Source: a virus (Duplodnaviria > Caudoviricetes). Taken from it: a stretch of DNA of 64,000 bases. Positions 1-10,188 of this stretch are shown here, piece by piece. Every line of letters starts with the position of its first letter. Positions within the stretch are counted from its first letter, which is position 1. The DNA lies in IMG/VR virus record IMGVR_UViG_3300032312_002284, positions 22,156-86,155 of that record. One strand, 5' to 3'. A program made the position numbers and the translations under genes. The notes under the pieces were generated by a model. The model worked only from the letters and a program-made list of their open reading frames with translations, was not told the origin of the DNA and did not search any database.

Positions 1-1635
1 TCATTTGTCGGTGGTGGACTATATAATATTGCTAATTGTAACCAATCAACCGTGAGTGGTGGTGCTTGTAATGTCTCAAATGGTAGTAGGTCAACCATAA
101 GTGGAGGTTATAAAAATAATGCCTCAGGCAATTGTTCGTTTGTTGGTGGAGGATTTTTTAACACTGCAAGTAATACTTATTCAACCGTAAGTGGTGGACG
201 TGGTAACACCGCAAGTGGTAATACATCAACAATTGCCGGTGGTTGTAATAATATCGCTGGTGGTAAGTTATCATTCATTGGGGGAGGTAGTGGAAACACC
301 TCAAGTAATTGTTACTCAACCGTAAGTGGTGGTAGACAAAACACCTCAAGTGGCCAATATTCATTCATAGGTGGTGGATGTAGTAACACCGCAAGTGGAA
401 TTAGGTCATTCGTAGGTGGGGGTAGTCTTAATATTGCTTCAGGTGATACATCATCAGTTTTAAACGGAAATACTAACATTGCTGGTGGCGGATGTTCAAC
501 AGTTTTAAATGGGTTAAGTAATAACACTGTTGGTTGTTCCTCATTTATAGGTGGAGGTTTACTAAATAGGACAACAACTAACGCATCATTCTCATCGGTT
601 GTTAACGGACAATCAAATTGTAGTGACGCTTGTTTTACGTCAATTGTAGGGGGTGTTAGTAACTGTATAACTGCGTCAAACTGTTACTCTTCAATTGTTG
701 GTGGTAAATCTAACGTAATATGTAGTACCTCAAACTGTTCATTTATAGGTGGTGGAACATTAAATATTGCTGCGGGACAATCATCATCTGTTGTTGGGGG
801 TAGTTCAAATACTGCACTTTGTTCTTGTTCTTTTGTCGGAGCAGGACAGTTTAACTCATCTTGTTCTGTATTTTCATTCATAGGTGGTGGACAATGTAAC
901 ATAGTAACAGGTACAACTTCAGCAATTGTGGGAGGTTTTTGTAACAGAGCTCAAGGTATATATTCTTTTGTCGGAGCGGGAACAGGTAATACTGTTACAG
1001 GAGCTTACTCATCGGCAATTGGTTGTGGATTAAATGCTACCGCTAGTTGTACGTTATATGCTAATAATATTTTTGCTTGTGGTTCATTAAATGTTAGAGG
1101 GTTAAGTGTGTTATCTGCAACAACAGGAACAAGCTTAACTGTTATTAGTTCGGGTAATAGCACATCGGTACCTGTATTCTCAGTCCAAGGTTCACAAGGT
1201 GAATTGTTTAGTGTTACAGATAGTTTAACAGGTTCGTTATTCTCAGTAAGTGACATATCAGGTTTACCAATATTGGAAGTATTCTCAGATAGTACAATAA
1301 TACTTGGTGATTACCAAGCTCCGTCACTTTATACAACAAAACGTGTTTCATCAATTACTGCGACAACAGGTACCACAATTTATTCATTTCCAACAAGTGC
1401 TTACACTTCGTCATTTGTTGATTATTTTGTTAGTGGTTCAACAGGATTAAGAGCTGGAAATATGATGGTAATATGGAGTGGTAGTACAGTTAACTTTACT
1501 GAAACTTCAACTAATGATATTGGAGTTACAACTCCATTGACGTTTGGTTATACAATATCAGGGTCAAGTGCCGTTTTACGAGCGTCAGCATCAACAGGTA
1601 CTTGGATTGTGGAATCAATATTAAGAGGATTATAA
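1..1635 (+). CDS. Gly/Cys-repeat tail fibre or adhesin-like protein, 5'-truncated by the window
   Basis: Frame is open from base 1. Tandem ~14-aa repeats of the form SFIGGGxxNxASG, then a distinct C-terminal domain (PVFSVQGSQGELFSVTD...). Confidence 0.7.
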   Translation, partial: SFVGGGLYNIANCNQSTVSGGACNVSNGSRSTISGGYKNNASGNCSFVGGGFFNTASNTYSTVSGGRGNTASGNTSTIAGGCNNIAGGKLSFIGGGSGNTSSNCYSTVSGGRQNTSSGQYSFIGGGCSNTASGIRSFVGGGSLNIASGDTSSVLNGNTNIAGGGCSTVLNGLSNNTVGCSSFIGGGLLNRTTTNASFSSVVNGQSNCSDACFTSIVGGVSNCITASNCYSSIVGGKSNVICSTSNCSFIGGGTLNIAAGQSSSVVGGSSNTALCSCSFVGAGQFNSSCSVFSFIGGGQCNIVTGTTSAIVGGFCNRAQGIYSFVGAGTGNTVTGAYSSAIGCGLNATASCTLYANNIFACGSLNVRGLSVLSATTGTSLTVISSGNSTSVPVFSVQGSQGELFSVTDSLTGSLFSVSDISGLPILEVFSDSTIILGDYQAPSLYTTKRVSSITATTGTTIYSFPTSAYTSSFVDYFVSGSTGLRAGNMMVIWSGSTVNFTETSTNDIGVTTPLTFGYTISGSSAVLRASASTGTWIVESILRGL

Positions 1636-1636
1636 T

Positions 1637-2317
1637 ATGGCGTTTCAATATTCACCAAAAATAGTTACGGACGGATTAGTGTTTTATTTAGACGCAGCTA
1701 ACCCTAAATCATATGTTTCAGGGTCTACTGTTTGGAATGATATCTCACGTGGTGGGAATACAGGAACATTAGTTAATGGGCCAACTTTTAATAGTGGAAA
1801 TGGAGGAAGTATAGTATTTGATGGAATAGATGACTATGTAGATTACGGAAATAATACAGTGTTAAATGTTGGAAATAATATATCGGTATTTTCTTGGTTT
1901 TATGTTAATTCAACAAGTTCATTCCAACCAATTATATCTAAAAAAACAATTGATACCGGTTGGGAATTAGATAATAGTAGTGGCACACTTAGATGTACAT
2001 TAAGACCATCTATTGCCAATAATAATAATATCTTTGCTGGTACATTAATATTAAATAATTGGTACTATGGAGGATTTACCTGTGATAATACAACAATTAG
2101 ATTATATTTAAATAATACACAACAAGGTACATCAGATGTTAGCTCAATAACTCTAAATACTACAGGCTCTCTTTTTATAGGACGAAGAGCGGATGGTGTT
2201 AATCTTAATTATTTTAATGGTAAAATATCAATAGCACAAATATATAATAGAGCCCTTACAGCACAAGAAGTACTCCAAAATTACAATGCCACTAAATCGA
2301 GATTTGGATTAACATAA
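1637..2317 (+). CDS. LamG/concanavalin A-like jelly-roll domain protein
   Basis: GLVFYLDAAN, GSIVFDGIDDYV, WYYGGFT..IRLYLN and IYNRALTAQEVLQNYNA are motifs typical of Laminin_G_3-like phage proteins. Confidence 0.8.
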   Translation: MAFQYSPKIVTDGLVFYLDAANPKSYVSGSTVWNDISRGGNTGTLVNGPTFNSGNGGSIVFDGIDDYVDYGNNTVLNVGNNISVFSWFYVNSTSSFQPIISKKTIDTGWELDNSSGTLRCTLRPSIANNNNIFAGTLILNNWYYGGFTCDNTTIRLYLNNTQQGTSDVSSITLNTTGSLFIGRRADGVNLNYFNGKISIAQIYNRALTAQEVLQNYNATKSRFGLT

Positions 2318-2318
2318 T

Positions 2319-3002
2319 ATGGCAGGAAGAATATCATATTACGGAGGGATAGTTAGAGATGGTTTAATCTTTGATTTAGATGCTGCTAAACGAGATTGTT
2401 ACCCTGGAAGTGGTACAGTTATTAGAGAGATAACAGGTACTAATGTTATCGGTACTTTAATAAATGGACCAACCTTTAGTCTAAATAATGGAGGTTCAAT
2501 TACATTTGATGGCACGGATGATTATGTAAGAATAAATCCGAATAATATACAACCTTCAGCAGAGCTCTCAATAGAGTCGTGGTTTAATTCTTTTGGAAGT
2601 AATGGTAGAGGGCAAGGTATTTTTTACGCCAATTATGGTCTTGGTTTACGATTATCAACAACTGGCCAAATGCATTCAAGAGTTAATAGTGGTGCTGTAT
2701 CATATCAAAACACAACTACCACAACATATTTTAACAATAGATGGAATCACGTTGTTTTAACAATCAACTCAACGCAAGCAAAATTATATATTAATTCATC
2801 ATTTTTAGAACAATATTCAATTTCATATAGTGGGAGTAACATTAATTCCGCAAGTATTGGAGGTTTTGGAACTGACGTTAATGACTCAGCTAATAGAGGG
2901 CTTTATGGTAATGTGAGTGTATGTAGGGCGTATAATAAAGTATTAACTGACCAAGAAGTTCTACAAAACTACAATGCGTTAAAAGGTAGATACGGTTTAT
3001 AA
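2319..3002 (+). CDS. LamG-like domain protein (paralogue 2)
   Basis: GLIFDLDAA, FDGTDDYV, WNHVVLT..KLYIN, YNKVLTDQEVLQNYNA. Confidence 0.8.
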   Translation: MAGRISYYGGIVRDGLIFDLDAAKRDCYPGSGTVIREITGTNVIGTLINGPTFSLNNGGSITFDGTDDYVRINPNNIQPSAELSIESWFNSFGSNGRGQGIFYANYGLGLRLSTTGQMHSRVNSGAVSYQNTTTTTYFNNRWNHVVLTINSTQAKLYINSSFLEQYSISYSGSNINSASIGGFGTDVNDSANRGLYGNVSVCRAYNKVLTDQEVLQNYNALKGRYGL

Positions 3003-3014
3003 TATTTATAACAT

Positions 3015-3287
3015 ATGGAAACACAATTACAAGATTACGAACAAAGAGAATTTATGATATTTGGTACAAGTGAATTACCACTTATTGATTTTACACAAGT
3101 TTTAGAAACATCAATAGATACCGTTAGAAAGTCGGTTGATGAAACAAAGACATTTGTTAAATGGGATGGTGACATCATTCCATCAAGTGTGGGTTCTTTA
3201 ACAACAAAGGAAGGCCCATACTCTTATGAAGAAATATTAAACATTTTATCAACTCCTGAATGGACATCTCCTGAACCAATTATATGA
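3015..3287 (+). CDS. Small acidic hypothetical protein in the structural operon
   Basis: 90-aa ORF between LamG genes, preceded by TATTTATA at 3003-3010. Confidence 0.6.
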   Translation: METQLQDYEQREFMIFGTSELPLIDFTQVLETSIDTVRKSVDETKTFVKWDGDIIPSSVGSLTTKEGPYSYEEILNILSTPEWTSPEPII

Positions 3288-3994
3288 GTACAGTACAAAA
3301 TAATGGTGTAGTTACTGATGGATTAGTTTTATACTTGGATGCTGCAAATACTAAATCATATGTTAGTGGGAGTACCACTTGGAATGATATTTCAAGAAGT
3401 AATGTTAGTGGTACGTTAGTTAATGGACCTACTTTTAATACTGGGAATGGAGGAAGTATTGTGTTTGATGGGGTAGATGATTATTTTATTACACCATCAT
3501 TTGCATTAAATTCACCAACAGATTGTTTAAGTTTTAATTTTTGGGTAAAATCCATTTCACAGACACCTAGCGCACAATCTATTTTAGGTAAAGATACAAA
3601 TACTGGAGGAGTACCACACCTTTTAATAAGAAGAAATGCGAATAGTGATTCTTTGGTTTGGAATTTTTTTAATGGGTCAACATCAAATACACTAGGGTTT
3701 AGTAATTTTTTTACAAATTATGATAATACTTGGATTAATATCCAAGTAGTTGCTGATTACACCAGTGATACTGTTACAGTTTATAGGAACGGAATATTCT
3801 TTAATAAACTATCTCAACCATCTGCGATTTTTCCTAATACTAATACTGTTATGTATTTAAGTAGTTTCGCAATAAATGCTTTTTTAGTTTTTTATGGTAA
3901 TATAACATCATCACAAATTTACAACCGAGCTCTATCATCTTCAGAGGTCCTCCAAAACTACAACGCCCAAAAATCAAGATTTGGATTGAGTTAA
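3284..3994 (+). CDS. LamG-like domain protein (paralogue 3)
   Basis: GLVLYLDAAN, FDGVDDY, YNRALSSSEVLQNYNA. The N-terminus is nearly identical to that of 1637..2317. Confidence 0.8.
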   Translation: MSTVQNNGVVTDGLVLYLDAANTKSYVSGSTTWNDISRSNVSGTLVNGPTFNTGNGGSIVFDGVDDYFITPSFALNSPTDCLSFNFWVKSISQTPSAQSILGKDTNTGGVPHLLIRRNANSDSLVWNFFNGSTSNTLGFSNFFTNYDNTWINIQVVADYTSDTVTVYRNGIFFNKLSQPSAIFPNTNTVMYLSSFAINAFLVFYGNITSSQIYNRALSSSEVLQNYNAQKSRFGLS

Positions 3995-4049
3995 AATAAA
4001 TTTTCCTTAGTATTTATATAATAATCTTGGATAGGGAAAAGATTTAATT

Positions 4050-7000
4050 ATGGCAAACGAATTTAATATAAAAAATGGTTTTATAACCAGCGGAAACTCT
4101 GTTGTTTATGCGGGGTTAAATGTAACGAGTGGATTAACCGCAACAACAATATCTGCAACAACTTATTTTAACTTACCATCTTCAAGTGGTGGAACATTTA
4201 CAGGAGGAACTGTATCAGGGGGAACTAACTTCACAGGTGGGGTTACTGCAAATACAGTATCACAGGTTAATTATATTGACTTTACAACAGGGTCAACAAA
4301 TCCATCTCAAACAGGGGGAAGAATGTTCTTTGATAATGTATCAAATGCTCTTTCTTATTATGATGTGGACAATAGTTTAGTACCAATTGCGATGGGACAA
4401 CAACTCTACACAAGAGTTTATAATGGTACAGGAGTTCAGATTGATAAGGGTAAAGTAATTACAATTACTGGAACAACTATTGGTTTACCGAGTATAAGAT
4501 TGGCGACCAATAATCACACATTACAAAGTCCAAGACCTGTTGGACTTGCGGCTGAGAACATACCGAATGGAGGTACAGGGTTAGTTTTAAATAATGGCAT
4601 TTTAAGTGGAATAACACTTAACACATTTGCAAATGGTGATACGTTATACCTTTCTGATACAATTCCTGGTGAGTATGTTAATTCAACATCGTCATTATCT
4701 TTTACGGCAAGAACAAATGAAATTGGATATGTTCTTCAAACAGGTACAACGACAGGTAAGATTTATGTTAATATCAATAATGAAGATAGTAATCTAACTC
4801 TAACGGATATTGAAAGAAATATCTTGGAGGGTAATGTCATTTCAGGTGGTGTTTATGAATACACTGGAATGACTCAGGGTACGGGTCAAACAATTAACGT
4901 TGCATATGCTAGAGGATGGATTGTTAAAAATACATATTCATTTGCAACATTACCTGATGTAACCAATGTTTATTATTCAGGTGGAACAAACATACCTTTA
5001 ACATATTTGAATAGTGCAGATGCAACATATATTTTAATTAATAGTGCATCAACACTCTATCAACAAACGTCATTTCCAACACCACAACAAAGAAGGGAAA
5101 ATATATTTCTTGGTAAGGTAGTTCATCCAAATAGAAGTACGATTACATCAATTAACCAAACGGTTGACTTTGATGTATCTCCTATGGCAGCACTTCGTGA
5201 CTTGTGGACACCATTAAAATTAATTAATCAGGGTGTTATTGTTTCATATTATAGTGCGGGTACGATGAGCATTCAGACATCTGCCGGAACATTATGGGGT
5301 AATGGTATTGGGTGGACGACGAATCAATTAAATCCTGATAGTATTTCCATTTCAGGAACATCACCAACCACATTTCAATATCGTTCAAGATTAGGTCCTA
5401 TTACAGGTTCAACATCAAACCCTGGTGACCCAGCGGCACCAACTGGAAATACAACAACAATTGATTCTCACCATTATGACTTAAATGGTAGTATTGTTCC
5501 TGTAGGTGGTAATAACAGGGCAACAAATCAAAGGATTTATTTGTTTCCAACTGGGTTAATTAGAATACAGTATGGTCAGTTTTCATATTCAAGTATGGCA
5601 AATGCTATTGCTGGTATAGATACTGAAATATTCGTTGAATACGGGAATAATAGAGATAACGGTATATTAATAGGTATATTAACGGTTCGTGAAGATGCCT
5701 CTGACTTATCGTTAACCACCGATGCTCAATTTAGGTTTGTATCAAAATTTGGTGAGTTATTAGCCGGCGCTGGAGGTATATCAACAACAACTTTACAACA
5801 AGCATATGAAAATTCAGCAACACCTGAAATAGTAACAAATTCAGCAGAAGGAGCATTATCAATCCAAAATGGAACGGGAGCTGCGGATAATGTAACAAAT
5901 TTATTTGAGGGTAGAAATACCGCAACATCACTCACATCATTCATTAGAGCTGATGGAGCGTTTTCAGGAACTTCAATATTTGGAACAGGATTAACTGCGA
6001 CTACAATATCTGCAACAACTGCAACGATAAGAAAAATTACAGGTGGTTCAGGTAATACCAATTCAGGAACATATTCATTTATAGGTGGGGGTCAATCAAA
6101 TTCGGCAACAGGTAATTGTAGTGTAGTTGGTGGAGGACGACAAAACACCTTGAGTGGGTCATATTCATTTATTGGTGGTGGACTTTGTAACACAGCAAGT
6201 AATAATTGCTCAACCGTAAGTGGAGGATATAAGAACACTGTACTAAGTACGTCATCATTTATTGGTGGTGGAAGATGTAATATCTCCAACATTGCTGGAG
6301 GAGGTAACACTAATAGTGATGTTATTGTTGGAGGTATCTCTAACTCAACATCATCGGGATATTATGGAGTTGGTCAAAATTTTATCGGAGGTGGAGTTAC
6401 AAATTCCATATGTGGTGATTATAATGTTGTTGTGGGTGGGGGTGGAAATTCTGTAAATGATATATCGGAATATTCGGCGATAGTCGGAGGATATAACAAT
6501 AAGATTTGTTTTGCACCTTCTTACTCACAATATTCTGTGATTGGTGGTGGAGAGTCAAATGTATTATCCGCAACTCATAGTTTTATTGGTGGAGGAGAAT
6601 TGAATACTATTTCAGGATTTACTTGTTATTCTGTAATTGGTGGTGGTTTTTGTAATAGAGTTACGTGTAATTTATCAAGTGTCGCGGGTGGGGTTTTAAA
6701 TAGAATATCAGGTCAAAATTCATTTATTGGAGGTGGAAGTGGTAATACTGTTTCAGGTCAATATTCATTTATTGGTGGAGGATGTAATAACATTACAAGT
6801 GGTAATACATCAACCGTAGGTGGAGGACGATGTAATATTGCAAATGGAGCGTGTTCATTTATTGGTGGAGGTCAGTTTAACACCGCAAGTAGTACGGGTT
6901 CGACCATAGCTGGAGGACTTTGTAATATTGCCGGTGGAGCGTATTCATTTGTTGGTGGAGGTACGGGTAATACGATGAGCTCATCTACAACTTGTTTTAG

Positions 7001-8648
7001 TTCAATAAGTTCAGGTGTTAGAAACAATGTTGCTTGTCGTCATTCATTCATCGGTAGTGGTTCAGGTAATACAATTGGTGGTGATTTTGGAGTTATTGTA
7101 GGGGGTTGTGGTAATTGTGTGTCAGTTTTTTGTAATCAATTCATTGGTGCTGGATTTGCAAATCGTGTAGGAGGAGCATACAACTCAATATTAAATGGAA
7201 TATGTAACATTAACAATGGAAATACTTCAGTAATTGTCAATGGAAGTTTTAATTGTGTTGAGTGTGGAAGTAATAATTTTATAGGTAGTGGATATCTTAA
7301 TAAAACACAAAGTACTTATTCGGTTATTGTAGGAGGTCTCCAAAATTGTCATACATCCAGTACATATTATCCAAACGATAAAAGTGTAATTGTTGGAGGG
7401 CAATTAAACACAACGGCTTCAGGATATTACGGTGTCGGACATAACTTCATAGGTGGTGGTTGTTCAAATAATGCCGGTGGAAATTACAGTTTTTTAGGTG
7501 GTGGTGCAAAAAATACGGCATCTGGTTATTATACTGTTGTTGCCGGTGGGTTTAGCAATGCATCTACCGGAAGTTATACATTTGTTGGAGGTGGAACTAA
7601 CAATAGTGCAAGTGGTAATTATACATTTGTTGGTGGAGGAGAAAAAAATATAATTAATGGCGGGTATTATGCGGGAATTATTTCAGGACGGATAAACTGT
7701 ATAACACCTACAGTTGGAGCATATGTCTATCTAAGTACTATTGTAGGTGGTGGTTGTAATTTTATGACAGGAAATGGAAGTAGTAATACTATAAGTAACT
7801 CAACAATTAGTGGAGGATATTGTAATCGTATATATGATAGTTACTCATCAATTGTGGGAGGTGAAAGTAATACCATATCTGGAATATCCTCGTCATTGGC
7901 ATCTTTTTCAACAATAGCTGGAGGTTCTTGTAATAGTGTTAGATGTTCATATTCATTCATAGGTGGTGGTAGCGGTAACATAGCGAGAGGTCAGTATTCG
8001 GGTATATTAGGTGGTAGTGGTAACACTGTTACAGGTAACTATTCATTCGCGATTGGTTGTGGATTAAATGCGACATCAGCGTGTACACTTTACACAAACA
8101 ATATTATAACAGGAACTATATCTGCGACAACAATGTCTGCAACAACAATATCCGCAACAACAATATCATCAAGAGGTGGAAATGTAGTTACAAAAATTTC
8201 AAATGGAATTGATAGTTCCGGAAATACAATCACAGGTGCTTATCAATTAGTTCAATCTGTATTGATTCCTGCAAATACAATTACTGCCGGAGATGTTGTT
8301 CTATTTAAAGTCAGGTACCGTAAAATAGGTACAAACGCCGCGGCAAACTACAGAATAGTTGTTAATACAACTTTAAACTTAACTGGGGCTCAAATAGTTG
8401 CTCAATATAATAGTGGGGCAACAATTCTTTATAGTGAATTGTCAAGAACTGCCGCGGTTAAGGGAGCAGAAACGGAAGTGCTTAGTCCAGCAGTAACCAA
8501 TACTCCAGATGATGTTAACATAAGTACTATTACAGCTACCAAATTAACTATTGACTGGACTGTTAATCAATTTATTATGTATAGTATACTTAATTCAAGT
8601 GCTTCAGATACAACAGTTGTATCATATTACTCAATAAGTGAAATTTAA
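4050..8648 (+). CDS. Large tail fibre/adhesin-like protein with a Gly/Cys repeat shaft
   Basis: 1532 aa. About 700 residues of S(F/V)(I/V)GGGxxN repeats and TTISATT linkers. The repeat type is shared with 1..1635 and 44709..46922. Confidence 0.7.
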   Translation: MANEFNIKNGFITSGNSVVYAGLNVTSGLTATTISATTYFNLPSSSGGTFTGGTVSGGTNFTGGVTANTVSQVNYIDFTTGSTNPSQTGGRMFFDNVSNALSYYDVDNSLVPIAMGQQLYTRVYNGTGVQIDKGKVITITGTTIGLPSIRLATNNHTLQSPRPVGLAAENIPNGGTGLVLNNGILSGITLNTFANGDTLYLSDTIPGEYVNSTSSLSFTARTNEIGYVLQTGTTTGKIYVNINNEDSNLTLTDIERNILEGNVISGGVYEYTGMTQGTGQTINVAYARGWIVKNTYSFATLPDVTNVYYSGGTNIPLTYLNSADATYILINSASTLYQQTSFPTPQQRRENIFLGKVVHPNRSTITSINQTVDFDVSPMAALRDLWTPLKLINQGVIVSYYSAGTMSIQTSAGTLWGNGIGWTTNQLNPDSISISGTSPTTFQYRSRLGPITGSTSNPGDPAAPTGNTTTIDSHHYDLNGSIVPVGGNNRATNQRIYLFPTGLIRIQYGQFSYSSMANAIAGIDTEIFVEYGNNRDNGILIGILTVREDASDLSLTTDAQFRFVSKFGELLAGAGGISTTTLQQAYENSATPEIVTNSAEGALSIQNGTGAADNVTNLFEGRNTATSLTSFIRADGAFSGTSIFGTGLTATTISATTATIRKITGGSGNTNSGTYSFIGGGQSNSATGNCSVVGGGRQNTLSGSYSFIGGGLCNTASNNCSTVSGGYKNTVLSTSSFIGGGRCNISNIAGGGNTNSDVIVGGISNSTSSGYYGVGQNFIGGGVTNSICGDYNVVVGGGGNSVNDISEYSAIVGGYNNKICFAPSYSQYSVIGGGESNVLSATHSFIGGGELNTISGFTCYSVIGGGFCNRVTCNLSSVAGGVLNRISGQNSFIGGGSGNTVSGQYSFIGGGCNNITSGNTSTVGGGRCNIANGACSFIGGGQFNTASSTGSTIAGGLCNIAGGAYSFVGGGTGNTMSSSTTCFSSISSGVRNNVACRHSFIGSGSGNTIGGDFGVIVGGCGNCVSVFCNQFIGAGFANRVGGAYNSILNGICNINNGNTSVIVNGSFNCVECGSNNFIGSGYLNKTQSTYSVIVGGLQNCHTSSTYYPNDKSVIVGGQLNTTASGYYGVGHNFIGGGCSNNAGGNYSFLGGGAKNTASGYYTVVAGGFSNASTGSYTFVGGGTNNSASGNYTFVGGGEKNIINGGYYAGIISGRINCITPTVGAYVYLSTIVGGGCNFMTGNGSSNTISNSTISGGYCNRIYDSYSSIVGGESNTISGISSSLASFSTIAGGSCNSVRCSYSFIGGGSGNIARGQYSGILGGSGNTVTGNYSFAIGCGLNATSACTLYTNNIITGTISATTMSATTISATTISSRGGNVVTKISNGIDSSGNTITGAYQLVQSVLIPANTITAGDVVLFKVRYRKIGTNAAANYRIVVNTTLNLTGAQIVAQYNSGATILYSELSRTAAVKGAETEVLSPAVTNTPDDVNISTITATKLTIDWTVNQFIMYSILNSSASDTTVVSYYSISEI

Positions 8649-8871
8649 AAATATGTTAGAAATTAATAAAATACCAAACGGATTAAATTTTAATAATCAA
8701 AACCATTATTTTACATTTGATATGTATCAAAATGGATATAATATAGATAGTGATAATTCTTGTGTGATTGAATTAGGAAATAGTTTATACTTTTTTCAAA
8801 ATGGTGAATTTACTCTTGATGGACAAGTAACATCGTCGATTCAAGATTTTATTAGTCAAATTTATTCTTAA
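8638..8871 (+). CDS. Small hypothetical protein following the fibre gene
   Basis: 77-aa ORF overlapping the stop codon of the fibre gene. Confidence 0.5.
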   Translation: MKFKNMLEINKIPNGLNFNNQNHYFTFDMYQNGYNIDSDNSCVIELGNSLYFFQNGEFTLDGQVTSSIQDFISQIYS

Positions 8872-8878
8872 TTATTGG

Positions 8879-8922
8879 TTTTCTATTTACCAAAAATATT
8901 CTTAAATTATTTTTTTAAAAAA
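8879..8922 (+). promoter_or_regulatory. Putative TTTACC-N16-TATTTT promoter shared with the cysC cassette
   Basis: TTTTCTATTTACCAA-N12-ATTATTTTTTTAAAAAA. The same element lies on the minus strand at 41332-41375. Confidence 0.6.
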
Positions 8923-8931
8923 AAATTAATT

Positions 8932-9822
8932 ATGAATATAATTTTACAAATTAATGGTGGGTTAGGTAAATGTATTGTAGCCACCGCAATAACAGAAATA
9001 ATTAAAAAAAAATATCCTAATTCTAAACTTATTGTTGTCTCAGGATATCCTGATGTTTTCTTAAATAATCCTTATGTTGACCGAGCGTTTAATTTTGGTG
9101 AACATTCTTATTTTTATTCTGATTATATTGAAGATAAAGAATTTAAACTTTTGGCTCATGACCCATATCTTGAGACTAACCATATTAATAAAACAGAACA
9201 TTTAATTGAAACTTGGTGTAAATTATTTGATTTGGAATATAATGGGGAACTACCAAACATATATCTAACTGAAAGAGAGATTAATTTCTTTTCAAGAAAA
9301 TATACAACTGATAAACCAATCATGGTTATTCAAACTAATGGAGGGGTTGAACAAAATTTAAAATATTCATGGGCTCGAGATATTCCGTCACATATCGTTG
9401 AAAATGTGATTGAAAAATTTAAATATGGTTATACTATTTTTCATTTAAAAAGAGAAGACCAAATGTCATTTTCTAATACAATCCCTGTAACTGATACTTT
9501 TAGGTCAATTGCCACTTTGATTGCTATAAGTGATAAAAGATTTTTCATGGATAGTTTTGGACAACATGTTGCAGGGGCTTTAAAGTTAGAATCAACAGTT
9601 TTGTGGGTTGTAAATTCACCAAAAGTTTTTGGATATGAGACAAATAAGAACATAACTTCTAAACCTTTCACAAAGAAAGCAGAATTAAAAATGTCGTATA
9701 TTAATAAATTTAATATACAAGGGGAACCTTTGGAATTCCCATACAATAGTGAATTTGAAATGTTCGATATTGATGACGTAATAAATTCTTTGAGTAATAA
9801 TGAATATACCAATACCAAATAA
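8932..9822 (+). CDS. Glycosyltransferase, GT9/RfaF (heptosyltransferase)-like
   Basis: Likely start MNIILQINGGLGKCIVAT...IKKKYPNSKLIVV...NPYVD. Later DSFGQHVAGALK resembles the GT9 DSGxxHxAxA motif. Confidence 0.7.
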   Translation: MNIILQINGGLGKCIVATAITEIIKKKYPNSKLIVVSGYPDVFLNNPYVDRAFNFGEHSYFYSDYIEDKEFKLLAHDPYLETNHINKTEHLIETWCKLFDLEYNGELPNIYLTEREINFFSRKYTTDKPIMVIQTNGGVEQNLKYSWARDIPSHIVENVIEKFKYGYTIFHLKREDQMSFSNTIPVTDTFRSIATLIAISDKRFFMDSFGQHVAGALKLESTVLWVVNSPKVFGYETNKNITSKPFTKKAELKMSYINKFNIQGEPLEFPYNSEFEMFDIDDVINSLSNNEYTNTK

Positions 9823-10186
9823 AATAGAAGTTAAATCATCCCCAATCCATGGGTTTGGTGTCTTTGCAACCGAAAAGATTTTAAAAAACGAGATAATTGA
9901 AACTTGTTATTCAATTTTCTTCAAAACCAATTTGGGTTATAATGATGATATATTATTAAAATATCGTTTCTCATATCCTTGTGGTTCGGCTCCAATAAAG
10001 TATGCAATACCCTTAGGATACGGATGTATCTATAATCATAGTGATGATAATAATGCGACATGGACGTGTGATTCAGACAATGGTATGTATTATTTCATTG
10101 CTGTAAGAGACATTGAACCAGGTGAAGAAATTTGTACATCATATGGAAAAAAAGAATATTGGGAATCAGTAAAAAAAATATATTAA
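9800..10186 (+). CDS. SET-domain protein (putative lysine methyltransferase)
   Basis: SSPIHGFGVFAT, YNHSDDNNA and AVRDIEPGEEICTSYG match the canonical SET motifs. Confidence 0.9.
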   Translation: MNIPIPNKIEVKSSPIHGFGVFATEKILKNEIIETCYSIFFKTNLGYNDDILLKYRFSYPCGSAPIKYAIPLGYGCIYNHSDDNNATWTCDSDNGMYYFIAVRDIEPGEEICTSYGKKEYWESVKKIY

Positions 10187-10188
10187 AA

